Positions 1-12,404 of a stretch of 64,000 nucleotides of DNA are shown one piece after another. A model generated the notes under the pieces. The model ran no database searches, was not told where the DNA came from, and worked only from the letters and a program-made list of their open reading frames with translations. Location of the stretch: positions 558,001-622,000 of the forward strand of contig NIVC01000382.1 of NCBI GenBank assembly GCA_002269645.1, written 5' to 3'. Within the stretch, counting starts at the first letter, position 1. Each line of letters opens with the position of its first letter. Origin of the DNA: Macrostomum lignano. Its lineage: Eukaryota. The translations under genes and the position numbers were made by a program.

Positions 1-2722
1 CCTTAAACCAGCGTTCCTCATCTTTCACTAGTTGGTTTCCGTGAACATTCTCCAAGTGTCTACAAATCATTTTTACCAGATTTCAGTCTCTTATCCCCAA
101 TAATTCTTGCAAACAAAAATTCTAACACCTAACTAACCCAGTTGCTCAGACTTTTGTTGCACAAGCACTCTTCGAAAATTTGGAATTTTAGAGGGTCATA
201 CTGTATTATACTAGAATACTAGAATATACAGGATATAGTAAGCAACATTTGAACTAAAACAACTATAAAGTGAATGCTATTACAGAATGACCTGACTATA
301 CTCAGACAACTTGAATGCACAGTAACCGTATAACTGCTGGTAATTTATTTTTTAAACAGCTAGACTACTTTCGTAGTGCGACCTTTTTATGAAAAAAAAT
401 GCTGAAAACAAAAAACATATATTTCAAGCTACCATCAAGGTATAGTTGTTCAGTCTGAAGCTTTAGCAAAAATGAATGATATAAAATGTTGGACTGTTAT
501 AGATACGCTCGTATTTAACTTGCTCTGGAGGACTAGAAGTCTAGAACGATATCGCTGAGTGTAACCATATTGCTGGTCTGAGAGTATGAGATCCATCCGT
601 TAATGATTAATCCATTAATTTTAGACCAGGAGCTCTCAGAAACCTGTTCCCATCCTTTACTCTTAGGCAACTAGATAAACTCTGCTACCACTTTAGATTT
701 TCGGGAACATGCATTAGGGAGAAATGTATCTACAAGTATCTACTTGCAGAGACATTGCTGAAAGCAAAATTATAGCTAAAAGCAATTCCAGGTGAGTGGA
801 CAAGTGGGCCGCTTTACTGAAAAACTACGCGCCAGCAAGTTATGCTAGGAATAAAATTCTGCTTCAAGACTCTACCTGTAGCGTTTGAATGATACAGTTC
901 TGAAGTACATTAATTTATAGTTTTTTTTCAACAGCAAATGTTTGAAGAGATGATAAAATTCCCAGAGCATATATAGAAAGAACTTAATACTATAGTTGAA
1001 GTTAAAAACGAATTTAAACAGATTGCGTCCGACAATTTTACGACAATGGGACTCTATATTCGCGATTTGTGTAATTTATTGATTAAACTAGTAAATTAAG
1101 ATAGTAAAAAACTAAAAGAATCGACATTTTTATTTATAGCTTAATGAATATTTTTTGTTTCGGGCGAGATGAGATACTCGTAAAAGGTTCTTCTGTTGTG
1201 TTTTTAGTTAATTGATTTGATTCAGTTAGTTGGATACACTTGGATCTCGCTCAATATATTTATAGTCAAAGCATGCACGATGTACATTACTCAATCGTTA
1301 GCTAACATTGGCACGTTAAACTGAACACTGATTGTGCAATAACTTCTCAATAGATGTCAAAGCAAACTATTCAATGAGTCAACATGCAACTAAATCACGT
1401 TGCACTGTCACAACATCTTTTAATTTTCTGCAAATAACTTAACAGTAAACAACAACAGTTCTACGGAGAAAGTCTTTTCCGCGAAACTTTGATCTGAATT
1501 AGTTATTCCGGAGGCGAGTTATTAAGCTTATAATAGTAAATTTAACACAAATCAAACTTAGGAGCATCATTGGCAGGAAGAGCGATGCGCGGAAGGCAAC
1601 CACCGTGAAAGCAGCGGCTCGAATTGAGTTTTAATTTCTATATGTATCTAGGGAAAATCGGTGAGCTATATGCTATGCTGCAATGTCCCCCTGAATCTCT
1701 TTATTACGATTTACTAAGATTTAGGGACAACTATGGACCCCGATACACAGAGGGATTGAGAGAGAGAATGCAGGCGACACAGGCAGGACAGACAAGCTGG
1801 GGTTTTAAAACTGGTTAAATGACTCCACAAGACAACGCAAATTGGCTTGTCTGCCAAACTTTGTTTTATACATGTACGACGCATGACATGTGCTACAATT
1901 TTGCATTGAAATTGCGAGCGAGAGTATATCATACTACATTCCTAAGCTCAATATCCCGTGATGGAACAACTTTTTGGCGGAAAACTTACAGTTGTTTACC
2001 GTAGAATTGTTGAATTAATTACAGTAATCATTTAAAATATCTTTTTCGACGACCGTTATTTAAAGAAACTAGTCACTCACTGGAAACGAATCAACGTTAC
2101 TTCGAAGCATCCTGCGCCCATACTAATGACAACTCAAGCGAATGGTGTTAGGCGCAACTGCTTAGACCTGCTGTAGTCACCAGCGTCACAATTTGAAACA
2201 GGCAGGACTGCTGTTCTGACCGGTTCAACCAGTTCTTGCAGGTGGACGGTTGTCGAGTGCTTGAATGTGAATCGAAGCGCAGCGGTCTCAGTTTCAAATT
2301 TCTGTTGTCCCGGCTGCGGCAAAAGAATGAGATTACAGTAGCACCATCACCTTTCAAAAGAGCTCTGATCCCCCTGTTATGACTGTCTCCTAACGATTCT
2401 ATCAACCTCTCCAATCGCCATCTTTAATTGACGGTTGTTCCAGGAATAGCTCCTTGAATTGCTGTTGAAACGCAGAATCAATTTTCTGATGATGAAGCTG
2501 TAGAAATAACTTCTCCTAACAATTTTCCAAGGTCGATATGAGGAATTATAAGTTCTTTCGATTATTCCCTTCTCTGGCCCCAATTCCCCGGCTGAGAGCT
2601 CGTTTCTTGGCCGAGGAAGAGAGGAGGGAGTCAGGAGAGGGTGGTGTGGACAGATTTTTTTTAAAGGTCTTCAGACAGAACTAGTTTCAAATTAAAGCAA
2701 GGATGGACGAAGACATAGTGAG

Positions 2723-2940
2723 TCGTTTTCGCGAACGCCGATGGGAAGGCACACACTGACTGGCATAGTAAAGACGCTCATCAAGGACGTTGCACCTGAC
2801 AACAGTACCCGCTATACCAATCAGTCTTCAGTAGACATGCACCACGGGTCTGAATGAGGCAGGAGTGCAACGTGCCGACACGACATTGCACGTGTCACCG
2901 GTCACAACAGCTCCGCTATTGAGCGGTACATGGCGCCTCG
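2723..2940 (+). mobile_element. Decayed Crypton-type tyrosine recombinase C-terminal fragment
   Basis: Across frameshifts and a stop it reads FSRTPMGRHTLTGIVK..RYTN(H)SL.-TCTTGLNEAGV..IARVTGHNSSAIERY. This follows the YTNHSLR..TGH..Y catalytic C-terminus of Crypton/DUF3504 recombinases. Confidence 0.6.
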
Positions 2941-4296
2941 CTATCGCAGCAAAAACACCACCGTGCAATCATCGCTGGAGTGCAATCTATGGCCACAACT
3001 TTCGTCAGCATGAGCTCCGTAACGGTAGCAGAGTCGTCTACCTATTCGCATGAATTAGCAATGGCAGTGAGGACCACACTATCAGTCTTGGCAGCTCGGC
3101 AAAGAAGATGCGGATCGAGGTGTGTGGCAACAGTAACAAGGTCTCCATCAGCTTTGAGTGAGTGACATTCAGTTTGATTACTAAGGCCTGATCTGCTTCG
3201 CGTCGAATTGTGCATCGCATGCATCAAATATACGCAGTGTTTACCCTATGTTCGTGTTGCTATTTTGGCAATACTATACGTTTATTTGGCCTATAGCCAA
3301 TCATTTCTTTGGCCCTGAAAAAAGCAATTGAACCATAGACAGATACGGCCCAGCCAAGTGGGGAAGAATCTACGTAGCTTTTGGCTCTATGGGCGCTCTC
3401 CAAACTTTGGTTTTTTCCTAGTCCGCACTTCTTCAAGCCCTAACCATGGAGGAAAGAGTGGAGGAGGACTTTCCTCCATTGCCCTAAGAGAGAAGAACAA
3501 AATATTATTACGCAGAATATATCAATGACTAAAAACTTTTGCTATTATACGATGCATCTATCATCCAGTTTTATCATGCGTAAATGTCAGTCCTGCATTC
3601 CTGCGCGCTATTTGAAAAGCGAATTTCATAGCTTACCAAAAGATGGCCTTGTTTCCCGAAAATTAAAACATTAGCCATATTTGCTCTCGTAAATTTTACT
3701 TACTGTCGCTGTTTTGTGTCTAATTCTACGTGGACAACTCAAAGTAGCTCAAAGCGCATACTCGGGAATGCAAAATACGAGCGACAAAAGGGAGCTAGTT
3801 AATTGCTTCCATTGACAAAAGCTGAATGAAAAAATAGCATGGAGCTTTCGCAAAGCAGCCAAATTTTGCTACTGAATTGAAGTGTCAGCTCTTGAAAGCA
3901 AGTTCAGGCAAGCGTTTATTTAGTAAAACGATAGCTCAGAACCAGCCTCGCGAAAAAAGCGACACAATGAAAACAATGCGCTGAGCGGCAATTCATTTTG
4001 AGAAGTGTCTTTACTTTTTATACTCTTTCAAAAAGCCTTTTCGAGACTTCAACCTTGAAGCTTTAGAGCTTTTTAGAAAAAAAGTATTTCTAAGTGACAA
4101 GGCAGTTGTTACGCTTCATGGCCTCCAAAAAAGCACTTCTCCATGCAAGTAGCAATACTCAGATGAATACATCTACTACATCAAGTACATCTGAGTATTC
4201 ATTCCTGGCTACCTTTTAGTGGGTCAGAGATACGCCTATTTATTTATTTATAGACATCTATTGCTGAAAATTACTCGATCTTATGTGCAATTCCAG

Positions 4297-4691
4297 CGGT
4301 TTCGAGTCTGCACGCATTGAAATGTACACAAAGTTCAACCGTTGCTGACCGAGTCTGCCAAAAAGCCTTCGAGGCAACACCAATCGTGACTTTTCAGGCG
4401 AGTCCTGCACCCACACTGACTATAGTGTGAACGAGTGGCGGGAAGCTGAGCTGCCCAAAGCAGCTCTCGTCTCCATCGTCACCATCTACGAGTACATGTA
4501 CAACAGACAGGTCTGCTGTGTTGAAGGGCTCAACCATGCAGTTCTTACTTCAGCTAGACGGTTTCGAGTGCAACCGAGTGATCCTCAGCTCACCATTTTC
4601 GATTGAAAACTTCACATGTTAGGGCTACGAATTTGCGAATTCTGGTCACAGGATTCGAGTTTCCAAAGATGAAATTAGCTCACTGATGTAG
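4297..4691 (+). pseudogene. F-type lectin (fucolectin/FTP) pseudo-exon, third paralog of the lectin cluster
   Basis: Acceptor ttccag at 4296. It reads VSSLHALKCTQSSTVADRVCQKAF-GNTNRDFSGESCTHTDYSVNEWREAELPKAALVSIVTIY..NRQVCC..LN-FLLQLDGFECNRV..FTC*G, with two frameshifts and a stop. Collinear with the exon at 10497-10903. Confidence 0.8.
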
Positions 4692-4899
4692 TCGTTTTTA
4701 ATGAATTCAAACAAATTTGTAACAGATTTCATCAACCATTTCTTGCAACAATAACAGAAACTTATGATTATTTTAGCTATAGCTGAAGAAATATTATCAT
4801 GTGTCTTTATTTTGCATTATAATGTTCCGTCTATTAAAGTGCAAACTCAAGCAGAAGGACAGGAAAATGCGAGGCCCAACGTTTATCGTTTATATGTTT

Positions 4900-5210
4900 T
4901 GATTTTCTTATAGCCCGATTGATATTCGCATTGAACAATCTTTGCACAGATTGTCCATTCGAGATTGTGAAATAGAATTAGAATCCTGTAATAGAATCCT
5001 AATTTTGAAACAAAAATCTCTATGAATATCAATAGAACTATAAGAATGGCAAGACATATCAAAAGATTAAACATCGGGTCGGGTCTTCCTCCTATCAAAA
5101 GCAATAACCATTTTTGCGCTGAGAAACGAAACAACCTCCATTCTCCGTTATGTATTTTTTTCGGTAAAACCTGCTTCCTATTTCTCATCCTACTTAAGTA
5201 GTCCTTTGTA
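4900..5210. mobile_element. Internally deleted copy of the foldback/MITE family at 49485-51128
   Basis: Shares ctctatgaatatcaataga..atatcaaaagat-aaca..cctatc-aaagcaataac..ctacttaagt with the right arm at about 50920-51120. Confidence 0.65.
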
Positions 5211-5402
5211 TTAACCCTGTGTGTTGTGGGTGACCTGCTTAATACCATTGGCTGAATCTGCTCTATGAGTTTTCCCAGCTAATTAGGTAGATTTTCAGCC
5301 CAACGCCAGCAAGTCACGTATAAAAATATACACAATTGACGGAAATATGCTCTGCTTTTTCGTATTTTTACACACCATTTTGAATCTACCGTTAGCTGAG
5401 AC

Positions 5403-8400
5403 ATGCGGCATGTTTACTTGTGCGCTCTTCTCTGGTCCGTTGCTATTTTAGCTTCTACATCTGCTTCTGCCACCTGCCCAGGTAGTTTTAAGTTTACAAC
5501 CGCAATCGGTCTGCGGTCATTTCGTCTGCCGCCTTTTCGTCTGCCAAAGAATTTTAGCAGACGAAACGACTTTTTTATTTGTTTATTTTGGTTCACTTAT
5601 TTAGTATTTTTTATGTAGGGAATTAAAATAAATTAGTATAAGCAAGTTTTAAGTATGTTTTCTTATTTATATTGATACATTTTGTTTTTCTTCATTTTCT
5701 ACGACGCATCGATGCGAAGTTATTTTCTGAGAAAGTGGTGTTATCGATAATTTTTTCACCATGGACGCATGCGTAACAAGGACCACTAGAAGTTACCGTT
5801 ACAACGTAACTTCTAGTGGTACTTGATGCGTAATTTGTAAAAACATTTTACAATTTTACAATTTTACAATTTACAATTTACAAAATTTTACAATTTTAAA
5901 AAAATTGCAATTATTTGTAAAAAGAAAGTTGGAAGGAAACTAAACGGTTGGAGATACTTGCTTCTGGCTTTGTGTATTTATATGCAACATATTAGCTCCG
6001 GAACTTTCAGAAAAATCCTAGCATTATAATAAATTACAATTAATAAGACATTTACATTACACTTCCATGCGAAGCTTGATGACATAATTAGTTATTCCGA
6101 TTTATATATTATATATATTGGCAGACGAAACGACTATATCGTATATTGGCAGACGAAAAGGCGGCAGACGAAAAGGCGGCAGACGAAATGACCGTCAACC
6201 CCGCAATCGAGGGTTCAAGCAAAGCTCCCGTTGAGTTTTTGGCTTTGCCTGCCCCAGACGACTTGCAGTGCTCTTTGCATTGCCGAAGTAAACCGGCTTG
6301 CTTTGGTTTCTACCTCAAACTGCGACTCTGCCGACTGTTTGACATGCCGGCCTTCGTCATGGAACAGTCTTGGCTGAGCTGTGGCCAGTGTAGCGTCCGC
6401 ACTCGTACTTTTGGTAAGGGATTGAGAATTGTGAATATTTTATTGTAGCTAACCATGGAAGGCTAAAGTAAAAGGACTAATATTGCATATTTTGTTAGAA
6501 ACCGATAGCCGCTTCAAAAGGCATTGCCGAAGTTCCAACTACAATTAAACAGGAAGTGAACTTCACCTTCTATTGCCATATGGCACTTTGGGAAGGTCCT
6601 ATTCTCGTAAGAGATCTTTGGTCTCGCAGGCCAGTTTATGGTTTCCTAATCTAAACTTGACAGGGTGTGCTTTAATTATGGATTGGAAACGTCTAGAACA
6701 CATTTTTCGCTTGATTAGTATAATATTGTTCCCTTTTGTCTATGGTTTCCGGCATTCATACTTGCGGTAACAATTTAATTGTTTGTCGGCTTTTTTCGAT
6801 TGTTGCCGGATTTCAGACGAATGTATTTGGCTATCAAAACAAGGAACAACAATAGCAACACGGCGAAAGTGCTTTCGAAGGGATGAATAGAAAAGCCCAG
6901 ATAATCGTTCAAAAATCGATCCGGAACACGCTCAAACTCCTGGCAGAGCCCCTTCTCGTTGAGGAACTGTCGGAACCTTGCCACGTGAAGCTTCCGTTGC
7001 GTCTCGGTCGATTTCGGCACTGAGTCACTCTCAAGTCGGTCCAACATTTCCAGATCTTCGCTACCTAGCTCAGGCAGCCCGTTGGAACTGGACGACGCAT
7101 CCAGGTTGTCCATCTCCAGAACGTAGCGCGTGCTCGACTCTCGGGTGACAAAAGCCAACTCGTCCGTGGAGAGTCCACATATTTCTCCGCCAGGAATGTT
7201 TGCGTAGCGAATCATAGCTACTTTTCCTATTTGCACTCCGAATAGGAGAATTAATTCAAGCTCAAAATCAACTTGAGAATTAACTCATGGCAGCCAGGCT
7301 AGCTGTCTTCACTGTCCTTTAAATTTGCCATAAACGATTAATTATCTCTACAACCCTTTCATTTAGAGAGCAACTAAATTTGCCATAGACGATTGATTAT
7401 CTCTACAACCCTTTCAAAGCGCATTCCGGCAACAATCGCATTTCATACTCAGCATCCGCACTATGTCTGGGCCATAGACAAGGGAAGTCAAAAGGGTACA
7501 ATAATGACATGTACCGATTTTTTTCGGCAGCAATTGCTCTACTAAGCTTCAGCCGCTACGCGGCTTCAGCTTACGCAATTGCTGCCGAAAAAAATCGGTA
7601 TATATCGTTACATTGGTTTTTGCATGCTAAGAGTGAGTTTTTTTTCTGGAAATCTGAGACTGGATTGCAAAAATGCGTTATAGTCTATGGCCGACCCTCG
7701 CTTCAGCCTAGCATTTAAGGCACGCCTAGTAAGCAAAGTGAGAATTTTTTCAAGTTGAGTGATAACAATAATAATATAGCTTTTTGTGGTCAAGTTCAGA
7801 AAATATGCATTCAATTTAGGAATTTGAAGTGAGCATGGCCAAATTGGCTGCAAGTAGCGGCTGGCAGAGATATTTATGGTAAAAAATGGGGTCTTGCTGT
7901 GGGCGAAAACCGTATTTGCGTTCAATTTAAGAAAAGTAGCGTTCAATTTGAGAACCATAGACTTTGCCTTTGCACGAAGATCCATAAACCATGCCTTATC
8001 AGAGAGTTTCCAACGAGAAGCATGACTTTGATTGTGTCGGCAATTGAGAGAGGCGATGTGGTTAGCGACATTGCTGCAATGCTCAACGTGAATGTAAAGA
8101 CAGTTTACACCATTCGACGGACAGTCGAAGCGACAGGAAGAAGAGAGCGTCTGCCACGTCGTGGGAAGAAGCACGTCAAGTTGACTGACCAAATTGAGGA
8201 ATTCCTGGTCAACCGGGTTCAACAAAATCCGCTGCTGACACTGTTGCAGATGCGGACTGCCCCGGTTGAGCAGTTTGGTGCTGAATTTCAGAGCATCTCC
8301 CAATCAAGCATCTCACAGGCCCTTGATCGCCAACTGAGCTCGCTGGAGATGCTTAAAAAGGGATCTGATGTGCAGGAAGTGAGAAATTCTTCAGAGAACA

Positions 8401-10903
8401 TCGACCAGCGTCGACAGTATGCTCAATGGGCCATGGAGCTCCCAGAGGCAATGCACGTCATCTACCTGGATGAGTGCGGATTTAACCTCTGGACGTCCAG
8501 GCAGTAGAGTCGAGCACCACGTGGAGCTCCAGTTCGAAGGGTTGTGCACACACAGTGTCAGAATTTCAGCATGTGTCTGGCCATCTCGACTACTATGGGC
8601 CTGCTGCACTCGATGTTCCTGGCAGAGACGATGACTGCGGCACTTTTTCAGGAGTTCCTGGGCCAGCTGATTGACAGAATTCTTGACACCCTGGAGGCTG
8701 ATGGCTAATAAGAACTGCGTGATCATCATGGACGGCGCACGCGTGCACAGCGGGGCTCCGGTGCCAACTGCACATGCTGGGCGTGTGCTGCTGAAAACGC
8801 TACCTTCATATTCACCGTTCCTCAACCCGATCAGCCATCAGCTGCTTCAAGGCCAGCATCAAGAACCAGCTTGCTGACCCCACTGTTCAGGCTGAACTGT
8901 CTGGTCCATTCTCCAGCGGTGCGCAACAAATGCCAGGGATGAGATCACAATGCTGAAGTGCAACCGGTGGCATCAGCATACGATGCGCTTCTTGCCTCGT
9001 TGTCTGAACAGTGAAATCATCCTGTATAATCCAATCCAATCCAATTTCAGGATTTTTCAATTGTTCACTCCAATTGTTATCCTGAAATCTGGACTTTTAT
9101 CTTTGTTCGTGTTAGGGACGTTTCATATTTGATCGCTGTTCGATCCTTCCTGCAATCTGTCTGTCAGTTAAATTGTTATTTCAACTCAGCGCGATCTTAA
9201 ATTGAACGCAAGTTTGCTGAAATTGAACGCAAAATCCTTCAGAAAAGCCATAGACAATAAAGCGAAGCCAGTGGAAATATATGGCAGACGGGACTCTTAA
9301 ATTGAACGCAACCTTTCTGAACTTGAACGCAAAAAGCTATGTTTGATTACACCTTCCCTAATAGGCAGATGTGCAACTGACAGCTCAGCCGCAGCTATTG
9401 CGCGGCGCATCTGAATGCTCCGTACGGCTGTTCAGTCCAAGGACTGGGGGGGGGGGGTCGCCACACACACCCTCAATTACCTCAGCTAATGCTGGCACCC
9501 ATTTTACAGCTGGGTGAACTGAAGCAATGCAGAGTTAAGTATCTTGCTCAAGGACACAAATTGTTCCGAGTAGGGTCAAGAATCGAACCCCTGACCTTCA
9601 AGTCATGAGTCCGACGCTCTGACCACTAGGCTACAACCCCTCACTAGGCTACAACCCCTCACTAGGCTACAACCCCTAAAGCTGAGTGAGAAACATTAGA
9701 AACAAAGGCTATGGCAAATCAACTGAGTATAACAAGCAACCAGGATAGATCGCACCTAGTCAGTGCCGTTGAAGATGGTTACTCAATTTCGTCTGCAAAT
9801 TTTGCCGACTTACTCGCCGTTTTTGAATCCCATAGAGATGGCGCACAGCACTCCTAAGAGTTGAGATCAAGCGTCGCCTTGTGGAGCCCGCAGTAGTGGC
9901 AGAGGAAAATGGTGGCCTTTGATGTAACTTTGTAGAGTTCTATACACTTTGTCTCCAGTGTCTCGTAAATTCTAATTCAAAATTAGTTTTGCGTGTTGAT
10001 TTCGCTACTCGTCCATTTTGACAGTTTTTGCGTTATTTTGCTACTCAGTTTAGCTGTAATACTAGCCTCACTGGTCCCAGACTACAGCAGTCTTGATATA
10101 GATATAGATATATATAGATAGATATATAGATATGATAGATAGATAAGATAGACATAAGTAAATGTTTTTCCCCGAGTGTAGACACAAGTTGACTGAACTT
10201 TCTATTCCATGAAAGGCTACTGAAGATTCACAAGCATTAAAAGTTCCAGCGAAATTTAAGTTTTTGCATCTTTTTCGCGTATTTTTCTCATCCGAATGCG
10301 TCTCTGGCAAAACTTAAACAATGCTCAAGAAAGCAAATTTTTCTTGAAACTTAAGATTTCCGGTCTAGCTTTCTTATTTAGTGGAGATTTAAAAAACCAG
10401 GACAAGATGAACGTTGAAATATCAAGATTTTTGACTTACAACTAAAAAACCAAGAGTACCAATCTGGCTGCGTTACTAACTTACTAAAAATTTTAGATGC
10501 TATCCAGCTGCCAATCTTGTCGTGCAACCAAAGCAGCGTTTACTTGGGCAAAACATGCGAGAGAGCAATCGATGGAGACAGAGATCAACATTTTCAGGCT
10601 GACAGCTGCACCCACACTGAACTGGCCACCAACTCCTGGTGGGAAGCCGTGCTACCAAACGCATCGGTCATTTCGTTCGTGACAATCTACAATAGGCTGG
10701 ATTGCTGCAGCAATAGACTCAACAGCTTCACTCTGCTACTGGACGATGTCGAATGCAACACGTTGACTTTCTCGGTACCATTCTCTGTTGGAAGCTTCAT
10801 GTGCCAGGGTTTTGGACAGAGGCTTAAGATTATCAATCTGCTTGCGTCCACACCGCTAACCATTTGCGAATTCGAGGTCTACAATATCCTGCTTGGCGAC
10901 TAG
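5403..10903 (+). CDS. Secreted PAN/apple + F-type lectin protein, paralog A (about 238 aa once the transposon in exon 1 is removed)
   Basis: Coding parts are 5403-5507 + 6209-6413 (exon 1, split by a TE) and 10497-10903. Signal peptide MRHVYLCALLWSVAILAS. PAN cysteines QCSLHCRSKPACFGF..LC. Phase-1 intron G|gtaagg..tttag|AT. Canonical F-lectin motif H-x26-RLD-x4-R. Confidence 0.75.
5508..6200. mobile_element. Non-autonomous TIR DNA transposon (693 bp, 8-bp TSD; MULE/Merlin-like, superfamily uncertain)
   Basis: TIRs ggtctgcggtcatttcgtctgccgccttttcgtctgcc / ggcagacgaaaaggcggcagacgaaatgaccgtcaacc. Flanked by the direct repeat CCGCAATC (5500-5507 and 6201-6208). Internal perfect 15-bp hairpin at 5782-5820. 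Confidence 0.85.
6738..7479 (-). mobile_element. Truncated Crypton-like element carrying the recombinase N-terminus
   Basis: 7113-6873 reads MDNL..SEDLEMLDRLESDSVPKSTETQRKLHVARFRQFLNEKGLCQEFERVPDRFLNDYL-(fs)-LFYSSLRK, typical of the Crypton/DUF3504 N-terminal domain. Bounded by GTCTATGG / CCATAGAC, with the subterminal inverted repeat cgattgttgccgga / tccggcaacaatcg. Confidence 0.6.
7512..7600. repeat. 89-bp near-perfect hairpin
   Basis: Perfect 26-bp arms taccgatttttttcggcagcaattgc / gcaattgctgccgaaaaaaatcggta, with inner stems taagct/agctta and agccgc/gcggct. Confidence 0.9.
7777..9339 (+). mobile_element. Tc1/IS630-family DNA transposon with disrupted transposase
   Basis: HTH-DDE transposase at about 8022-8840 with YLDECGF, IIMDGARVH and LPSYSPFLNPI, broken by stops and frameshifts. 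Imperfect ~45-bp TIRs (tagctttttg..tcaagttcagaaa..cgttcaatttaag) and internal gcgttcaattt repeats. Confidence 0.9.
9344..9677 (-). mobile_element. tRNA-derived CORE-like SINE (full length; 18-bp head segment triplicated)
   Basis: Minus strand: A box TAGCCTAGTGG, B box GGTTCGATTC, then gtgtccttgagcaagatacttaactctgcattgcttcagttcacccagctgtaaaatggg, which resembles the MIR/CORE domain. 3' tail ends aggtgtaatc. Confidence 0.85.
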
Positions 10904-11054
10904 GGAAGGCAGTTTACAACTAAAACAGCTAAAGCTACTGAAGTACTTCTCTTAAAAATATTACACTAAAAACAATATGAGTTGATTAAGATTCTCTTTA
11001 GAATACTCAACTAAAAATAAACTTAAACGAGTATATTTATTCATTATAAAACGA

Positions 11055-11415
11055 TTGCACCGAGGTTAGAGCATCACACTTATGACTTGAAGTTCGGGGG
11101 TTCGATTCTCGATCCCAATGGAAAAATCTGTGTCTTTGAGCAAGACACTTAACTCTGCATTGCTTCAGTTCAACCAGCTGTAAAATGGATTTCAGCATTA
11201 GCTGCGGTAATTGAGAATGTGTGTGGCGACCCCCCAGTCCATGGACTGAACAGCCGTACGTCCCCAAAGGTGCAGCTGTAATCAATTTTTATTAATAATA
11301 TTATTAATATTACTATTACTATTATTACTATTATTATTAATACTTATTATGATTATGATTAATGATTATAATGATTATTATTATTATTATGATTATGATT
11401 ATTATTATTATTATA
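11055..11415 (+). mobile_element. CORE-like SINE copy with (ATT)n tail
   Basis: Same family as 9344-9677. B box ggttcgattc, core cttgagcaagacacttaac..ctgtaaaatgg, followed by an ATT-rich microsatellite. Confidence 0.8.
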
Positions 11416-11719
11416 AAACAATTGTACTGCGATTGCACATAAAGTGTTGTGCATCTGTGTTCTAAACACCTGTAGCTGTACTTTTAATTCCGACAGTGAT
11501 TTTTGGAGAGTATTTTTGTTGCAGTTTCAATATAATTCTTTATATTCTCTCTAAATTCACTCTTTGTGTTGCTGTTTTGAACCCTTCTGACCTTCTAAAC
11601 GCTAACATATAGTGCGTTTGCATGCACCAATTTAGTTAATTGCATGCACAGAACTTACTTAAGTTCTGTGATTGCATGTAAACAATTGCAAAACAGCCGT
11701 AGTGCACTTGACTTACTTG

Positions 11720-12219
11720 ACTTAGCTGCTTAGCTTTGGTTCAAAAGGATTCTCCGCAGCTTGAGGGACGGGTTGGGCACTGCCGCACGGGATTGGCAGC
11801 AGCTGGAAATGCCATCCCATCTGCGCAGATGCAGGATGTCCGCCCAGTTGTTAATTTGACGATTAACGACCGTGGCGGGTATGGGGGTCAGAGGCACGGG
11901 GCCAAGGATCGAGCTGGAGCTACCTGTCTTAGCGAGGGAGTCAGCGAGCTAGTTACCTTTGAAACCGGCGTGCCCTGGGATCCACGTGAGCTGGACGATG
12001 TTCCTCCGAGCCAGCTTGTTGAGCTGCCCAATACAGTTGTGGACTGTTCGGGAGTTCGCAGTGGTGTGACACAGGGCCTGCAAGGCGGCCTGGCTGTCAG
12101 AGTCGAAGAAAATTCTTCTGTCTTTGAAGTCCCTGCAAGTGGAGCTCAGCTGCACAGGAGCTGATGGCAAGGACTTCGTTCTGGAAGACGCTGGATTGTC
12201 TGCCAGTTTGTTGGGCGTG
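11720..12219 (-). mobile_element. Non-LTR retrotransposon RNase H fragment (I/R1/Loa-like clades)
   Basis: SSVFQNEVLAI..IFFDSDSQAALQAL..VQLTWIPGHAGFKGNELADSLAK is the RNase H signature of LINEs that carry this domain. Confidence 0.85.
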
Positions 12220-12404
12220 AGATCCTATCCAATCCCTTATTAGGAATAGGGAGGCCTCAAGTTCAATAACTTAATTAAAATCAATTGAACTATAACGGCC
12301 GGCAATAACACAGCTCTCAATAATCAAATAACAAAGACTTCGACAAAAGCTTACAAATTGGTTTACGTCTCCCTTAGAGATGTAGCCTCGCTTAGCTGCT
12401 CCAG
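12220..12404. repeat. Unclassified interspersed repeat X, uninterrupted copy
   Basis: Homologous to 34847-34950 joined to 37174-37251 (agatcctatccaatccctta..acggccggcaata..gctctcaa|aaataacaaag..agagatgtagcctcgcttagctg). Confidence 0.8.

Noticed and set aside
1-2100. Short ORFs in the AT-rich start of the window (and in 25600-27150)
   Set aside because: No domain motifs, codon structure or splice-consistent models were seen.
2134-2583. Minus-strand exon-like segments (KLFLQLHHQKIDSAF.., PGQQKFETETAALRF..)
   Set aside because: No recognisable homology, and I could not build a consistent spliced frame.
5782-5820. Hairpin plus CTAG as a Helitron 3' end
   Set aside because: CTAG is part of the stem itself and the hairpin lies inside a TIR element with its own TSD.
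9560-9640. tRNA gene (CAT anticodon-like) and similar heads at 11060, 16385 and 58740
   Set aside because: There is no complete cloverleaf or acceptor stem, and each runs into the SINE core.
9710-9860. Possible extra Tc1 N-terminal fragment (DRSHLVSAVEDGYSIS)
   Set aside because: The similarity is too short to support a call.
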